From positions 1 to 7,949 of the forward strand of contig JAVYME010000043.1 of the NCBI GenBank assembly GCA_038736825.1: a stretch of 7,949 bases of DNA, given 5' to 3'. Under the pieces are notes generated by a model that saw nothing but the letters and a program-made list of their open reading frames with translations, ran no database searches and had not been told where the DNA came from. Every line of letters begins with the position of its first letter. Position 1 is the first letter of the stretch. Position numbers and translations under genes: made by a program. The stretch is from Candidatus Iainarchaeum sp. GTDB taxonomy: Archaea; Iainarchaeota; Iainarchaeia; Iainarchaeales; DTGL01. Positions 1-6,682 of this stretch are shown here, piece after piece.

Positions 1-1832
1 AAAAAATATTGCTTGCTCATGCTCCAACCGGTCTTGGAAAAACCGCTGCAGTGTTATGCCCTTCCCTGACTTTTGCCTTGGAGGAAGGCAAAACCGTTTT
101 TTTCCTCACTCCAAAGATTTCCCAGCACGAAATTGCAGTGCAACTAGTGAAAGACTTGAACAAAAAGTTTGGCTTGCAAATTAAGGGCACTGACTTGGTT
201 GGAAGGAAATTCATGTGCTCTGATCCATATCTCTCTGAAGCAGACTCTGGTTCTTTTTATGAATTGTGCAAAAAGCGCAGGGAAAAAGAGGAATGCGAGT
301 TTTTTGCAAACATTGTCGGTTTTGATTCAAGGCAAAGGGAGATTGCAAGGCTTTACCAGGGCGAACTCAAAAGCAAGCATTCTGGAATATGGTCGCATTT
401 GGAGTTAAAGGAATGGTGTGAAAAGGCCTGCAATGGAAAAGGGTTTTGCGCTTACGAGTCAGCAATGTTGTTGGCAAGGGATTCAAGCATTATAATTGCA
501 GACTATTATCACTTGTTCAATCCCAGCATTCAATCAGTTATCCTTCAAAAAGCGAAGAAAAAACTGGAAAATTCCATTGTGGTTGTCGATGAAGCGCACA
601 ATCTTCCAGAAAGGGTGAGGGCTCTCTTGAGCAGCACTGTTTCGGTTTTTTCAATTGAAAAGGCAATGGAGGAATTAGAACGGCTTGGGCGAGAAGAGCA
701 CATTGAATCCCTTAAAGAGATAAGAAAGGCAGTAAAGGGCATTGCAAGGGAAAAACTTTCACAGAAAAACGAAGCAATTGTTTCAGAGGAAGCCCTTTCA
801 AAAAAAATAGAATCCGTTGGCGAAATCGAGGATATTGCAATCGAGTTCAGGGAACTGGGAGCAGAGTTTGTACAGTCTTTTCCCCAAGGGCGCTCCCACT
901 TAATATTGATTGCAAATTTTTTGGAAAAATGGCGCGAGCGAGAGCCTTCCTTTGTCCGCATTGTGCGAAAAAAGGAGAAAGGGGTTTCGCTTCAAGTGAA
1001 AGCACTGGATCCAGCAATTGTTTCAAGAAAGGTTTTTGAGGAAGCGCATTCCGCTGTTTTGATGAGTGGCACTCTATTGCCTGCAAAAATGTATGCAGAC
1101 CTTTTAGGAATTCCAAGTGAAAGGGCGGTAATGAAGGAATATTCTTCGCCTTTTCCCAAGGAAAACAAGCTTTCACTTGTTGTTCCTTCAGTGACTACAA
1201 AGTTTTCAGAGCGCAATCCAAGAGAGTTTGAAAAAATTGCTGAAATTGTTTCCAGCATTTCAAACAATATTCCGGGAAACAGTGCAGTGTTTTTTCCTTC
1301 CTTTGCAGTGCTTGAAGCAATTGCGCCCCTATTAGAGGGACGCCTTTCAAGGCCTGTGTTGAAGCAGAATGCTGAAATGGGTTCTTTTGAAAAGGCAGAG
1401 CTTTTGAAGAGGTTCAGGCAGCAAGGAAAGGGTTTTGGGGCAGTGCTTTTGGCAGTGGCTGCTGGTTCTTTTGCTGAAGGAATTGATTATTTGGGCGAGC
1501 AATTGCTGGGAGCAATAATTGTCGGCATTCCCTTGAATGAAATGGATTTGGAAACCCAGTGCCTTATAGATTATTATCAGGAAAAGTTTGGCTCTGGATG
1601 GCATTATGGTTATCTCTATCCAGCGGTTGCTCGTGCAATTCAGGCTTCAGGAAGGGTTATAAGGGATCGCTCTGACAGGGGAGTGGTGGTTTTTTTGGAC
1701 AAAAGGTATACTTGGAATAATTACAAAAAGTGTTTTCCAAGGGATTTTGAGGGAATTGTGACAGAGAATCCTGCAAAAACAGTGGCAAGGTTTTGGCAGG
1801 AGCGCTTTGAATTCAAGCCGGTTGTCGCTTGA
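1..1832 (+). CDS. xpd: XPD/Rad3-family (DinG-like) superfamily-2 DNA helicase with Fe-S cluster domain; 5' end cut by the window edge
   Basis: The reading frame is open back to nt 3 (..KI-LLAHAPTGLGKTAA), so the TTG at 9 is probably not the real start. Walker A is APTGLGKT (nt ~21-44) and the DEAH box is VVVDEAHNL (DEAH = 588-599). Clustered cysteines lie between motifs I and II (FMCSD, ELCKK, EECEF, WCEKACNGKGFCAYE), as expected for the 4Fe-4S domain. Also present: ADYYHLF, SGTL, GSFAEGIDY (motif V) and QASGRVIRD (motif VI). Stop TGA at 1830-1832. Confidence 0.9.
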   Translation, partial: KILLAHAPTGLGKTAAVLCPSLTFALEEGKTVFFLTPKISQHEIAVQLVKDLNKKFGLQIKGTDLVGRKFMCSDPYLSEADSGSFYELCKKRREKEECEFFANIVGFDSRQREIARLYQGELKSKHSGIWSHLELKEWCEKACNGKGFCAYESAMLLARDSSIIIADYYHLFNPSIQSVILQKAKKKLENSIVVVDEAHNLPERVRALLSSTVSVFSIEKAMEELERLGREEHIESLKEIRKAVKGIAREKLSQKNEAIVSEEALSKKIESVGEIEDIAIEFRELGAEFVQSFPQGRSHLILIANFLEKWREREPSFVRIVRKKEKGVSLQVKALDPAIVSRKVFEEAHSAVLMSGTLLPAKMYADLLGIPSERAVMKEYSSPFPKENKLSLVVPSVTTKFSERNPREFEKIAEIVSSISNNIPGNSAVFFPSFAVLEAIAPLLEGRLSRPVLKQNAEMGSFEKAELLKRFRQQGKGFGAVLLAVAAGSFAEGIDYLGEQLLGAIIVGIPLNEMDLETQCLIDYYQEKFGSGWHYGYLYPAVARAIQASGRVIRDRSDRGVVVFLDKRYTWNNYKKCFPRDFEGIVTENPAKTVARFWQERFEFKPVVA

Positions 1833-1841
1833 ACAATTGTT

Positions 1842-2105
1842 TCAGGTTTGTGATTGTTTTAGGCTTCTAATCATGTATATTGCGAATGCTATTGCAATCA
1901 AGGCTAGTGCAATTATTGCTCCAAAGTTTCCAGCATCCCCCAATCCAAAAAAGCCCGTGGGTTGTTCAAGGCAGTCCATGGGACAGTTTTGTGCGCTTTC
2001 ATTTTCACTGCAATAATTGTCTCCACAGGTTTCAATTGTTTGCGCGAATGCTCCCAGTGCAAGCAATAGAGTGAGGGAAAGCATTGTTGTTTTCCAAAAA
2101 ACCAT
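1842..2105 (-). CDS. small (87 aa) surface protein: signal peptide, 4-Cys mini-domain and C-terminal transmembrane anchor
   Basis: N-terminal MVFWKTTMLSLTLLLALGAFA|QT looks like a cleavable signal peptide (AFA). CGDNYCSENESAQNCPMDC (nt 1971-2027) follows. Then come PTGFFGLGDAGNF, a hydrophobic helix GAIIALALIAIAFAIYMI and a basic tail RSLKQSQT. A GAGGG SD-like element lies ~8 nt upstream of the ATG on the minus strand. The competing ORFs in other frames (1807..2016, 1880..2074, 1913..2140) lack such features. Confidence 0.65.
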   Translation of the reverse strand: MVFWKTTMLSLTLLLALGAFAQTIETCGDNYCSENESAQNCPMDCLEQPTGFFGLGDAGNFGAIIALALIAIAFAIYMIRSLKQSQT

Positions 2106-2192
2106 TTTTTAATCCCTCTCAAAAGTGAATTGTTGTACATTATAGGGTTGAACTAGTATTTAAGGATTGCCTGTTGCAATATTGTTTATTTT

Positions 2193-3116
2193 TTAAACTT
2201 TTTTTTTGTTTGCCAGAAACCAGTAAGCGCTTTCAGCGGCAATTGCGCCCTGTCCTGCTGCAACTATTGCTTGCGCAAATGTTCCAGTAATGTCGCCTGC
2301 TGCAAAAACGCCTTCAATGCTTGTGTTCATTTGCATGCCTGTTTCAATATAGCCTTTTTCTGAAAGCCTGCAACCAAGCATTTTTGCAATCCCGTTTTCA
2401 GGCAGCAATCCAATGTATACAAAAACGCCGTCAACTGCAATCTCTTTTTCTTTTCCGCTAACCCTGTCCCTGTATTTCAAGCCATTGGCTTTTTCGCTTC
2501 CAGTTATTTCAAAAACCTCAGCGTTTAATATTGTTTGCACTTTTTTTTCCTTTAATTTTTCTTCATAAATTTTATCACATTTCAGTTTGTCTCCGAATTC
2601 CAGCAAGAAAACCTTTTTGCAAATGCCTGCAAGGAACAATGCGTTCATTGCCCCAGAATTGCCTCCACCGATTACTGCAACTGTTTTTTCCCTGTAAAGC
2701 GGGCCATCACAAGTGGCACAATAATGGATTCCTTTTCCTTCAAGTTTTTCTGCGTTTTTTGCTTTTAGTTTTTTGTGGGTTGCACCTGAAGCAATGATTA
2801 TTGCTTTTGCCAGAATTTTTTCTCCATTGCCTGTTTCAAGCTCAAAGCCGTTCAATGTTTTTTTTGCTTTTTTTATTTCAATTCCTTCCAGTATTTTTCC
2901 CCCGATTCCTTCAAAGTGTTCTTGCATTTTTTGCGCCAATTCAAACCCTTTTATGGATTTAATGCCGGGATAGTTTTCAACCAGCACTGAATCAACAATG
3001 TTGCCGCCTGCAATTTTTTTTTCAAAAACCAGCACTTTCAATCCTTTTCTCAAAGCATAAATGCCTGCAGTTATTCCAGCAGGGCCTGCTCCTATTATTG
3101 CAATGTCTGTTTCCAT
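2193..3116 (-). CDS. trxB: thioredoxin-disulfide reductase, low-molecular-weight TrxR family (atypical pyridine-nucleotide site)
   Basis: FAD-binding DIAIIGAGPAG at the N-terminus. Redox-active CATC in HYCATCDG (codons at nt 2709-2720, minus strand). Second dinucleotide fold VAVIGGGNSG, and C-terminal GVFAAGD FAD motif. The 307-aa length fits the family. AGGTG SD sits 5 nt upstream of the ATG (AAAGGTGCAAAAATG on the minus strand). Confidence 0.93.
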   Translation of the reverse strand: METDIAIIGAGPAGITAGIYALRKGLKVLVFEKKIAGGNIVDSVLVENYPGIKSIKGFELAQKMQEHFEGIGGKILEGIEIKKAKKTLNGFELETGNGEKILAKAIIIASGATHKKLKAKNAEKLEGKGIHYCATCDGPLYREKTVAVIGGGNSGAMNALFLAGICKKVFLLEFGDKLKCDKIYEEKLKEKKVQTILNAEVFEITGSEKANGLKYRDRVSGKEKEIAVDGVFVYIGLLPENGIAKMLGCRLSEKGYIETGMQMNTSIEGVFAAGDITGTFAQAIVAAGQGAIAAESAYWFLANKKKV

Positions 3117-3313
3117 TTTTGCACCTTTTAATAATATTAAAGAAAACTTTAATAATGGCTAATTTTATTACAAAAGGCAGTGTGAAAGGTTTATATATTG
3201 GGAAACCATTAATATATGCTGAAATTTTGCCTTTTGGCTTCAAAAACAGCTTAAAGGAATGAATAAAAGGAGTTAGTGTATAAATTAATTCGCTCTTATG
3301 AAGGGGTGATTTT
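3117..3313. promoter_or_regulatory. divergent AT-rich intergenic region with candidate archaeal-type promoters for trxB (-) and the four-gene cluster (+)
   Basis: On the + strand, purine-rich GAAAGG (BRE-like) sits directly upstream of TTTATATA (3190-3197), a near-consensus archaeal TATA box. A second TATAAATTAA lies at ~3280-3289. On the minus strand, TAATAAAATTA (complement of ~3160-3170) lies ~45-55 nt upstream of the trxB ATG. No transcription start data, so assignment is tentative. Confidence 0.4.
3303..3310 (+). promoter_or_regulatory. Shine-Dalgarno-like site (GGGGTGAT) for the TTG-initiated gene at 3314
   Basis: AAGGGGTGAT, then a 3-nt spacer, then TTG at 3314. It is complementary to the conserved 16S 3' tail (anti-SD ...GGAUCACCUCC). 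Confidence 0.55.
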
Positions 3314-3889
3314 TTGGATAAGCGCTGGTTTAACCTTATAATTTTGACTGCAATAGTTTTGGCAGGAATTATTGCTTATTTTTTCTTTTTTCAAGCGCCA
3401 TCTTTCTCGCAAAGGCTTGAAGCAATGAAAGCCTCTTGGGTGAAAGCTGGCTTGGAAGCAAAACCCCTTCACTTGTCCTATGACAGGCTAAACCGCCTTT
3501 CACAAAAAGAATTATCCGATTTAAAGGCAGGCTTGGTTCAATTCACTGAATCTGAAAAAAATTCTGCTGCAAGAGAATTAGGCGAAGCATATGTTTCCCT
3601 TATAGACATCAGCATTTACAGGCAAAAAATGCTTGAAGTGCAGGAAGAGATTTCAAAAGCCGAAAACCCTTGCACTGTACTGCCAAAATACGATTTGTTG
3701 ACAGAATACAAGGAATCGCTTTTGGCTTCAACAGAAGAATATTTATCCAAAGTGGATTCCTTTGTTTCAAGCAATCCAGAGGCTGCAAGAGAAGCGCAAA
3801 TACAAGCAGGAAGCGGTGCTGAAGAACTAGCCTCCTCGGTTGCCAGGCATAAAACCCTTGTAGCACAATTAAAGGAGGCATGCAAATGA
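3314..3889 (+). CDS. N-terminally membrane-anchored, predominantly helical protein of unknown function (module 1, small subunit; paralog of 6113..6682)
   Basis: TTG start with SD. Single N-terminal hydrophobic helix WFNLIILTAIVLAGIIAYFFFF followed by QAPSF. The rest is charged and Ala/Leu/Glu/Lys-rich. It is collinear with the 6113..6682 product: FFQAPSF at residues 25-31 in both, C120 vs C119 in a C..LP.Y..L block, and C190 vs C188 near the C-terminus. Confidence 0.8.
   Translation: MDKRWFNLIILTAIVLAGIIAYFFFFQAPSFSQRLEAMKASWVKAGLEAKPLHLSYDRLNRLSQKELSDLKAGLVQFTESEKNSAARELGEAYVSLIDISIYRQKMLEVQEEISKAENPCTVLPKYDLLTEYKESLLASTEEYLSKVDSFVSSNPEAAREAQIQAGSGAEELASSVARHKTLVAQLKEACK
3874..3878 (+). promoter_or_regulatory. 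Shine-Dalgarno GGAGG embedded in the last codons of the upstream gene, serving the ATG at 3886
   Basis: AAG GAG GCA TGC AAA TGA. GGAGG ends 7 nt before ATG 3886-3888, which overlaps the stop TGA 3887-3889 (ATGA). Confidence 0.7.
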
Positions 3890-6087
3890 ACACCAAAAGC
3901 CTTCTCGCAATCCTTTTCCTTTCCCTGCTTTTCTCTTCAACAAACGCTTTTGTTTTGAGAACCACAGCCGGCTATCAAATCTTGGACAGAGATGCTCTTT
4001 ACAATGATTCAGTGCAACGTGATGATACAAGACTGGCGCAAGGAACGCTTTTCGCAAAAGCAGGCACAAAACTTTACACTTTGAATCCAAGGCATAAAGC
4101 AGACGGAAAAGCCTTACTGGAAACAACCCCAAAAGTTTTAGTGAATAAAAGCCTTTTGGGAATAAGCGGCACAGGACAGTATTCCTTTGAATTGGATGCA
4201 ATAGAACCAACAACCTATTTGCGCGGTCCAGCTGACCAAATAAGAGGCAGGTGCTCTGACCGCTGTGACGGGCCAAAAGTAAGCCTTACAGTAAAAGATG
4301 ACGGGGGTTACACTCAAGTGGCAGCAAGCAATTTCATCGAGGAAGGCAGAGAAATGATTGCCGGCGATTACAAGTACAAAATCACCAAAATTATTGTTCC
4401 AGAATACAAGGAAACCTGGCTTAAGGTTGGAGGCGACAACCAAACATGGTATTTGGTTTTAGGGCAAACCGGCGTAATGTCTGGACTAACAGAGGCTACA
4501 CCAAAAGACATTATAGTGGAGTTTTGCGTTGCCAAAAGGAATGGCGCTGGCTGGAGCAATTGCTATTATGACAATTCTGGTTCACTAACAGGAGAACTGA
4601 CAATAGGGGAAAGCACTCCAGGCACTGGAATGCAACCGCCTGGCTCGCCAACAGAAATCGGGCAACAAATAGAAGAAGCAACACAAACCGCAGCAGAACA
4701 AGCTGAAGCAGCACAAGGCTCAACACAAGTCACAAGTGGAAAAATTCCCAGCGAAGATGAAGAGCTTGCCAAGTGCACTGCAGACCTTCAAAAGAGTGAA
4801 ACCCTGCTTGTTGCAAAAACAAGGTTCAAGTACGATAGGGCAATAGGTTATCCGCCAGGTGAAACAGGATGGAATGAATTTGTAGCTGATGAAATCCAAG
4901 AAAAAAAGAGTTTCAAGATTGACATGACGGGAGTTGGTTATAGAGATGCTGGCAAAGGGCTTTACGAGTTCTATCTTCAAGGCTTCCATCCAGAACTAAA
5001 AAAATTTGATGGAACTATATCCAAAAAACCAGCATTTGCAACATATGGAACAAGGGATGGCGCGCAAATTTTATGCGGGCATTTCATTGGATTGAACGAA
5101 GAAATGAGTTGCAGTCCAAGAGACGAAATAAAGCCACAGGATGTTATTTACAAGATTTACAAATTCGAAGGGCCTTTTTTCGAACAACCAAGTGAAGGAA
5201 AAAGAGAAATTTTAATGAAAGGGCCACACTGTTATGATGTATGGGCTTATTATATGGTTAAATTCAGGATGGATACAACGCCAAGTGGAGGCCACGAGTG
5301 GTGGATGAAAACAGTTGAAGAAGTGCAAAACTATGCTGAAAGCAAGAAAAGAGGCTATAATCTCATTGTAAATGTTGTTGAAGAGATTGAATACAATTCT
5401 CAACCGATTTCAGGCGCAAAAGTGGTTGCAACAACCACTATTGAAGGAGAAAGTGTTAGGATTGAAGCCAATACAGGTGAGGACGGAAAAGCCAAGCTTG
5501 TGGTTCCAATAAATGCAACAATAACGGTTGTTGCAAGCAAAACAAATTATGTGGATTCAAGCATTATTGTACCACCATTTTCCAGTACAAAAGAGGTAAC
5601 AATTGCCCTAAAAAGGAATCTTTACAATTTAAAGGTTGCCTTTGCAAGGGATGACTTTTGGACTTTGTACTACAGGTATGCACCACAACACCATGGTGAT
5701 CCAACAACACCGGGCGTTAACACTGCAGACAAAGCGTTCCTTGACTCGCATGTTCCAACAAAGGAACACTCAGACTATGTTTACAGTGTTGCAGACAAGT
5801 TTTTGGCTTTAAAAACAAAGCCTTGCGATGATCCTTCTGGAGAAACAATTCCAAGCAAGGTTAGAACCGATTTTCAGCACCTAACAATCAAGGACACCCG
5901 CCAAGGCCATGAAAATCACGATGTAAGGCTTTACAATGTCCTTGAATTTGAAAACTTGAAACTGGACAGCTATTATTATGCTTGTTATTCTCGCACAATT
6001 GACGGAGTGAAAAAAACAAGAGAGATAAAATGGCATATCAAAATTAATGGAGTGCTTGAAGAGCCAGATCCGCCTAGAGATATTTGA
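3886..6087 (+). CDS. large secreted protein of unknown function (module 1, large subunit) with an internal carboxypeptidase-regulatory-like beta-sandwich segment
   Basis: The longest ORF begins at ATG 3880, but that start is only 1 nt from the GGAGG. ATG 3886 has a 7-nt spacer and an ATGA overlap, so it is preferred. Signal peptide MNTKSLLAILFLSLLFSSTNA|FV. Ten cysteines in the mature part (an even number, compatible with disulfides). A Pro/Gly/Thr/Gln/Glu/Ala-rich linker (GESTPGTGMQPPGSPTEIGQQIEEATQTAAEQAEAAQGSTQ, nt ~4609-4730) separates the N- and C-terminal regions. Residues NLIVNVVEE..QPISGAKVVA..TGEDGKAKLVVP..ATITVVASKTNYVD..VTIALKR (nt ~5359-5616) fit the CarboxypepD_reg / Ig-like pattern. 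No TM anchor at the C-terminus. Confidence 0.85.
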   Translation: MNTKSLLAILFLSLLFSSTNAFVLRTTAGYQILDRDALYNDSVQRDDTRLAQGTLFAKAGTKLYTLNPRHKADGKALLETTPKVLVNKSLLGISGTGQYSFELDAIEPTTYLRGPADQIRGRCSDRCDGPKVSLTVKDDGGYTQVAASNFIEEGREMIAGDYKYKITKIIVPEYKETWLKVGGDNQTWYLVLGQTGVMSGLTEATPKDIIVEFCVAKRNGAGWSNCYYDNSGSLTGELTIGESTPGTGMQPPGSPTEIGQQIEEATQTAAEQAEAAQGSTQVTSGKIPSEDEELAKCTADLQKSETLLVAKTRFKYDRAIGYPPGETGWNEFVADEIQEKKSFKIDMTGVGYRDAGKGLYEFYLQGFHPELKKFDGTISKKPAFATYGTRDGAQILCGHFIGLNEEMSCSPRDEIKPQDVIYKIYKFEGPFFEQPSEGKREILMKGPHCYDVWAYYMVKFRMDTTPSGGHEWWMKTVEEVQNYAESKKRGYNLIVNVVEEIEYNSQPISGAKVVATTTIEGESVRIEANTGEDGKAKLVVPINATITVVASKTNYVDSSIIVPPFSSTKEVTIALKRNLYNLKVAFARDDFWTLYYRYAPQHHGDPTTPGVNTADKAFLDSHVPTKEHSDYVYSVADKFLALKTKPCDDPSGETIPSKVRTDFQHLTIKDTRQGHENHDVRLYNVLEFENLKLDSYYYACYSRTIDGVKKTREIKWHIKINGVLEEPDPPRDI

Positions 6088-6112
6088 TTTTGGTTGAATG
6101 GAGCGTGATTGA

Positions 6113-6682
6113 ATGAAAAAAAACCAAAAAATCGCTTTAATCGCAATAATCCTTTTGGTTGTTATAATCGCGGTTTACCTGCTTTTCTTTCAAGCGCCAT
6201 CCTTTGAAAAAGAATACGAGCGCATGAGCCTTGCATGGAAAAACAATGGGTTGAAAGAGGAAAGATTGCACGCTTCAGAGACTGTTTTTTCCCTTGATTC
6301 AGAGAAAATCGAGGACATTCGCTCCGAAATATCCTCCTTTTCTTCTTCTCCGAATCCCGCAATCAAGGACCTTTCAACAACCTATCTTTTGTTCCTTGAA
6401 AGCGCAAAAATAGCCTCCGAGATTTCCAGTATGAGCGAAACCCTTGCTGGTTCTCAGCAAGGCCTATGCGAAAGCCTTCCAGCTTACGAACGCCTTGGCA
6501 AAAAATTTTCAGAACTTGAAGAAAAAAAGGAAGCCTACCTTAAAGCCACAAACGCTTTTGTTTCAAAATATCCAAAGGAAGCTGAATCCATTTCCCTGAA
6601 AGCAAACACTGCCGGTTTGCAGGGAGCTTCTTCAAGCAAATTCGTTGAACTGCTTGAAGTCGCCAAGGAGGTGTGCTCATGA
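6113..6682 (+). CDS. N-terminally membrane-anchored helical protein of unknown function (module 2, small subunit; paralog of 3314..3889)
   Basis: ATG start preceded by GGAGCGTGAT (6100-6109). TM helix IALIAIILLVVIIAVYLLFF followed by QAPSF. Shares the W..(x)GL....LH.S, C.(x)LP.Y..L, YL......FVS..P..A and KE.C-terminus blocks with the 3314..3889 product. Confidence 0.85.
   Translation: MKKNQKIALIAIILLVVIIAVYLLFFQAPSFEKEYERMSLAWKNNGLKEERLHASETVFSLDSEKIEDIRSEISSFSSSPNPAIKDLSTTYLLFLESAKIASEISSMSETLAGSQQGLCESLPAYERLGKKFSELEEKKEAYLKATNAFVSKYPKEAESISLKANTAGLQGASSSKFVELLEVAKEVCS
6667..6671 (+). promoter_or_regulatory. Shine-Dalgarno GGAGG(TG) embedded in the last codons of the upstream gene, serving the ATG at 6679
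   Basis: AAG GAG GTG TGC TCA TGA. GGAGG ends 7 nt before ATG 6679-6681, which overlaps the stop TGA 6680-6682. The geometry is the same as at 3874-3889. Confidence 0.7.

Noticed and set aside
17-1604. Antisense or alternative-frame ORFs inside the helicase gene (17..214-, 169..408+, 545..961-, 847..1176-, 992..1267-, 1347..1604-)
   Set aside because: All are fully embedded in a CDS with unmistakable helicase motifs. Their translations are low-complexity or Ser/Leu/Phe-rich with no motifs and no plausible RBS. They are typical shadow ORFs.
1830-1844. Perfect 10-nt palindrome AACAATTGTT (1832-1841) bridging the two convergent stop codons
   Set aside because: It is too short and AT-rich to support a terminator hairpin or a binding-site claim, and it is readily expected by chance in AT-rich DNA.
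1807-2140. Three competing ORFs overlapping the small minus-strand gene (1807..2016+, 1880..2074+, 1913..2140-)
   Set aside because: Only the 1842..2105 minus frame gives a coherent signal peptide, Cys motif and TM anchor with an upstream SD-like GAGGG. The others show no such organisation, and 1807..2016 would overlap the helicase 3' end.
2106-2192. Possible tRNA or small RNA in the 87-nt gap between trxB and the small gene
   Set aside because: There is no GTTCRANYC-type T-loop, no acceptor-stem complementarity and no conserved D-loop elements. It only contains a TTAAATA-like box (minus strand), consistent with a promoter for the small gene.
2531-3243. ORFs 2531..2797+, 2773..2973+ and 3022..3243- overlapping trxB
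   Set aside because: They lie antisense or out of frame relative to a full-length, motif-complete TrxR. 3022..3243 merely reads from the promoter region into the trxB 5' end in another frame.
3216-3254. 12-codon mini-ORF (MLKFCLLASKTA) in the leader region upstream of the cluster
   Set aside because: It has no SD and no recognisable leader-peptide logic. The sequence is better explained as one arm of the inverted repeat and promoter region.
4081-4095. Shared pentapeptide LNPRH in both large secreted proteins (4081-4095 and 6970-6984) as a hint that they are remote homologs
   Set aside because: The flanking residues do not align. A back-of-envelope estimate for one exact 5-mer match between proteins of ~735 and ~423 residues under uniform composition is of order 0.1, so it is compatible with chance. 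It is worth a profile-profile check, but I do not claim homology.
3609-5403. Minus-strand ORFs across the cluster (3609..3965, 3616..3885, 3869..4276, 4138..4443, 4368..4559, 4511..4726, 4566..4778, 4720..4989, 5212..5403), and likewise 6162..6362, 6535..6794, 6725..6943, 7083..7375
   Set aside because: They lie antisense to long ORFs with signal peptides, RBSs and a paralog-supported reading frame. They are short and have no start context or motifs.
5890-5910. HENHD in the large secreted protein as a possible metalloprotease motif
   Set aside because: The spacing is H-E-x-H, not HExxH, and there is no downstream third ligand pattern I can recognise.
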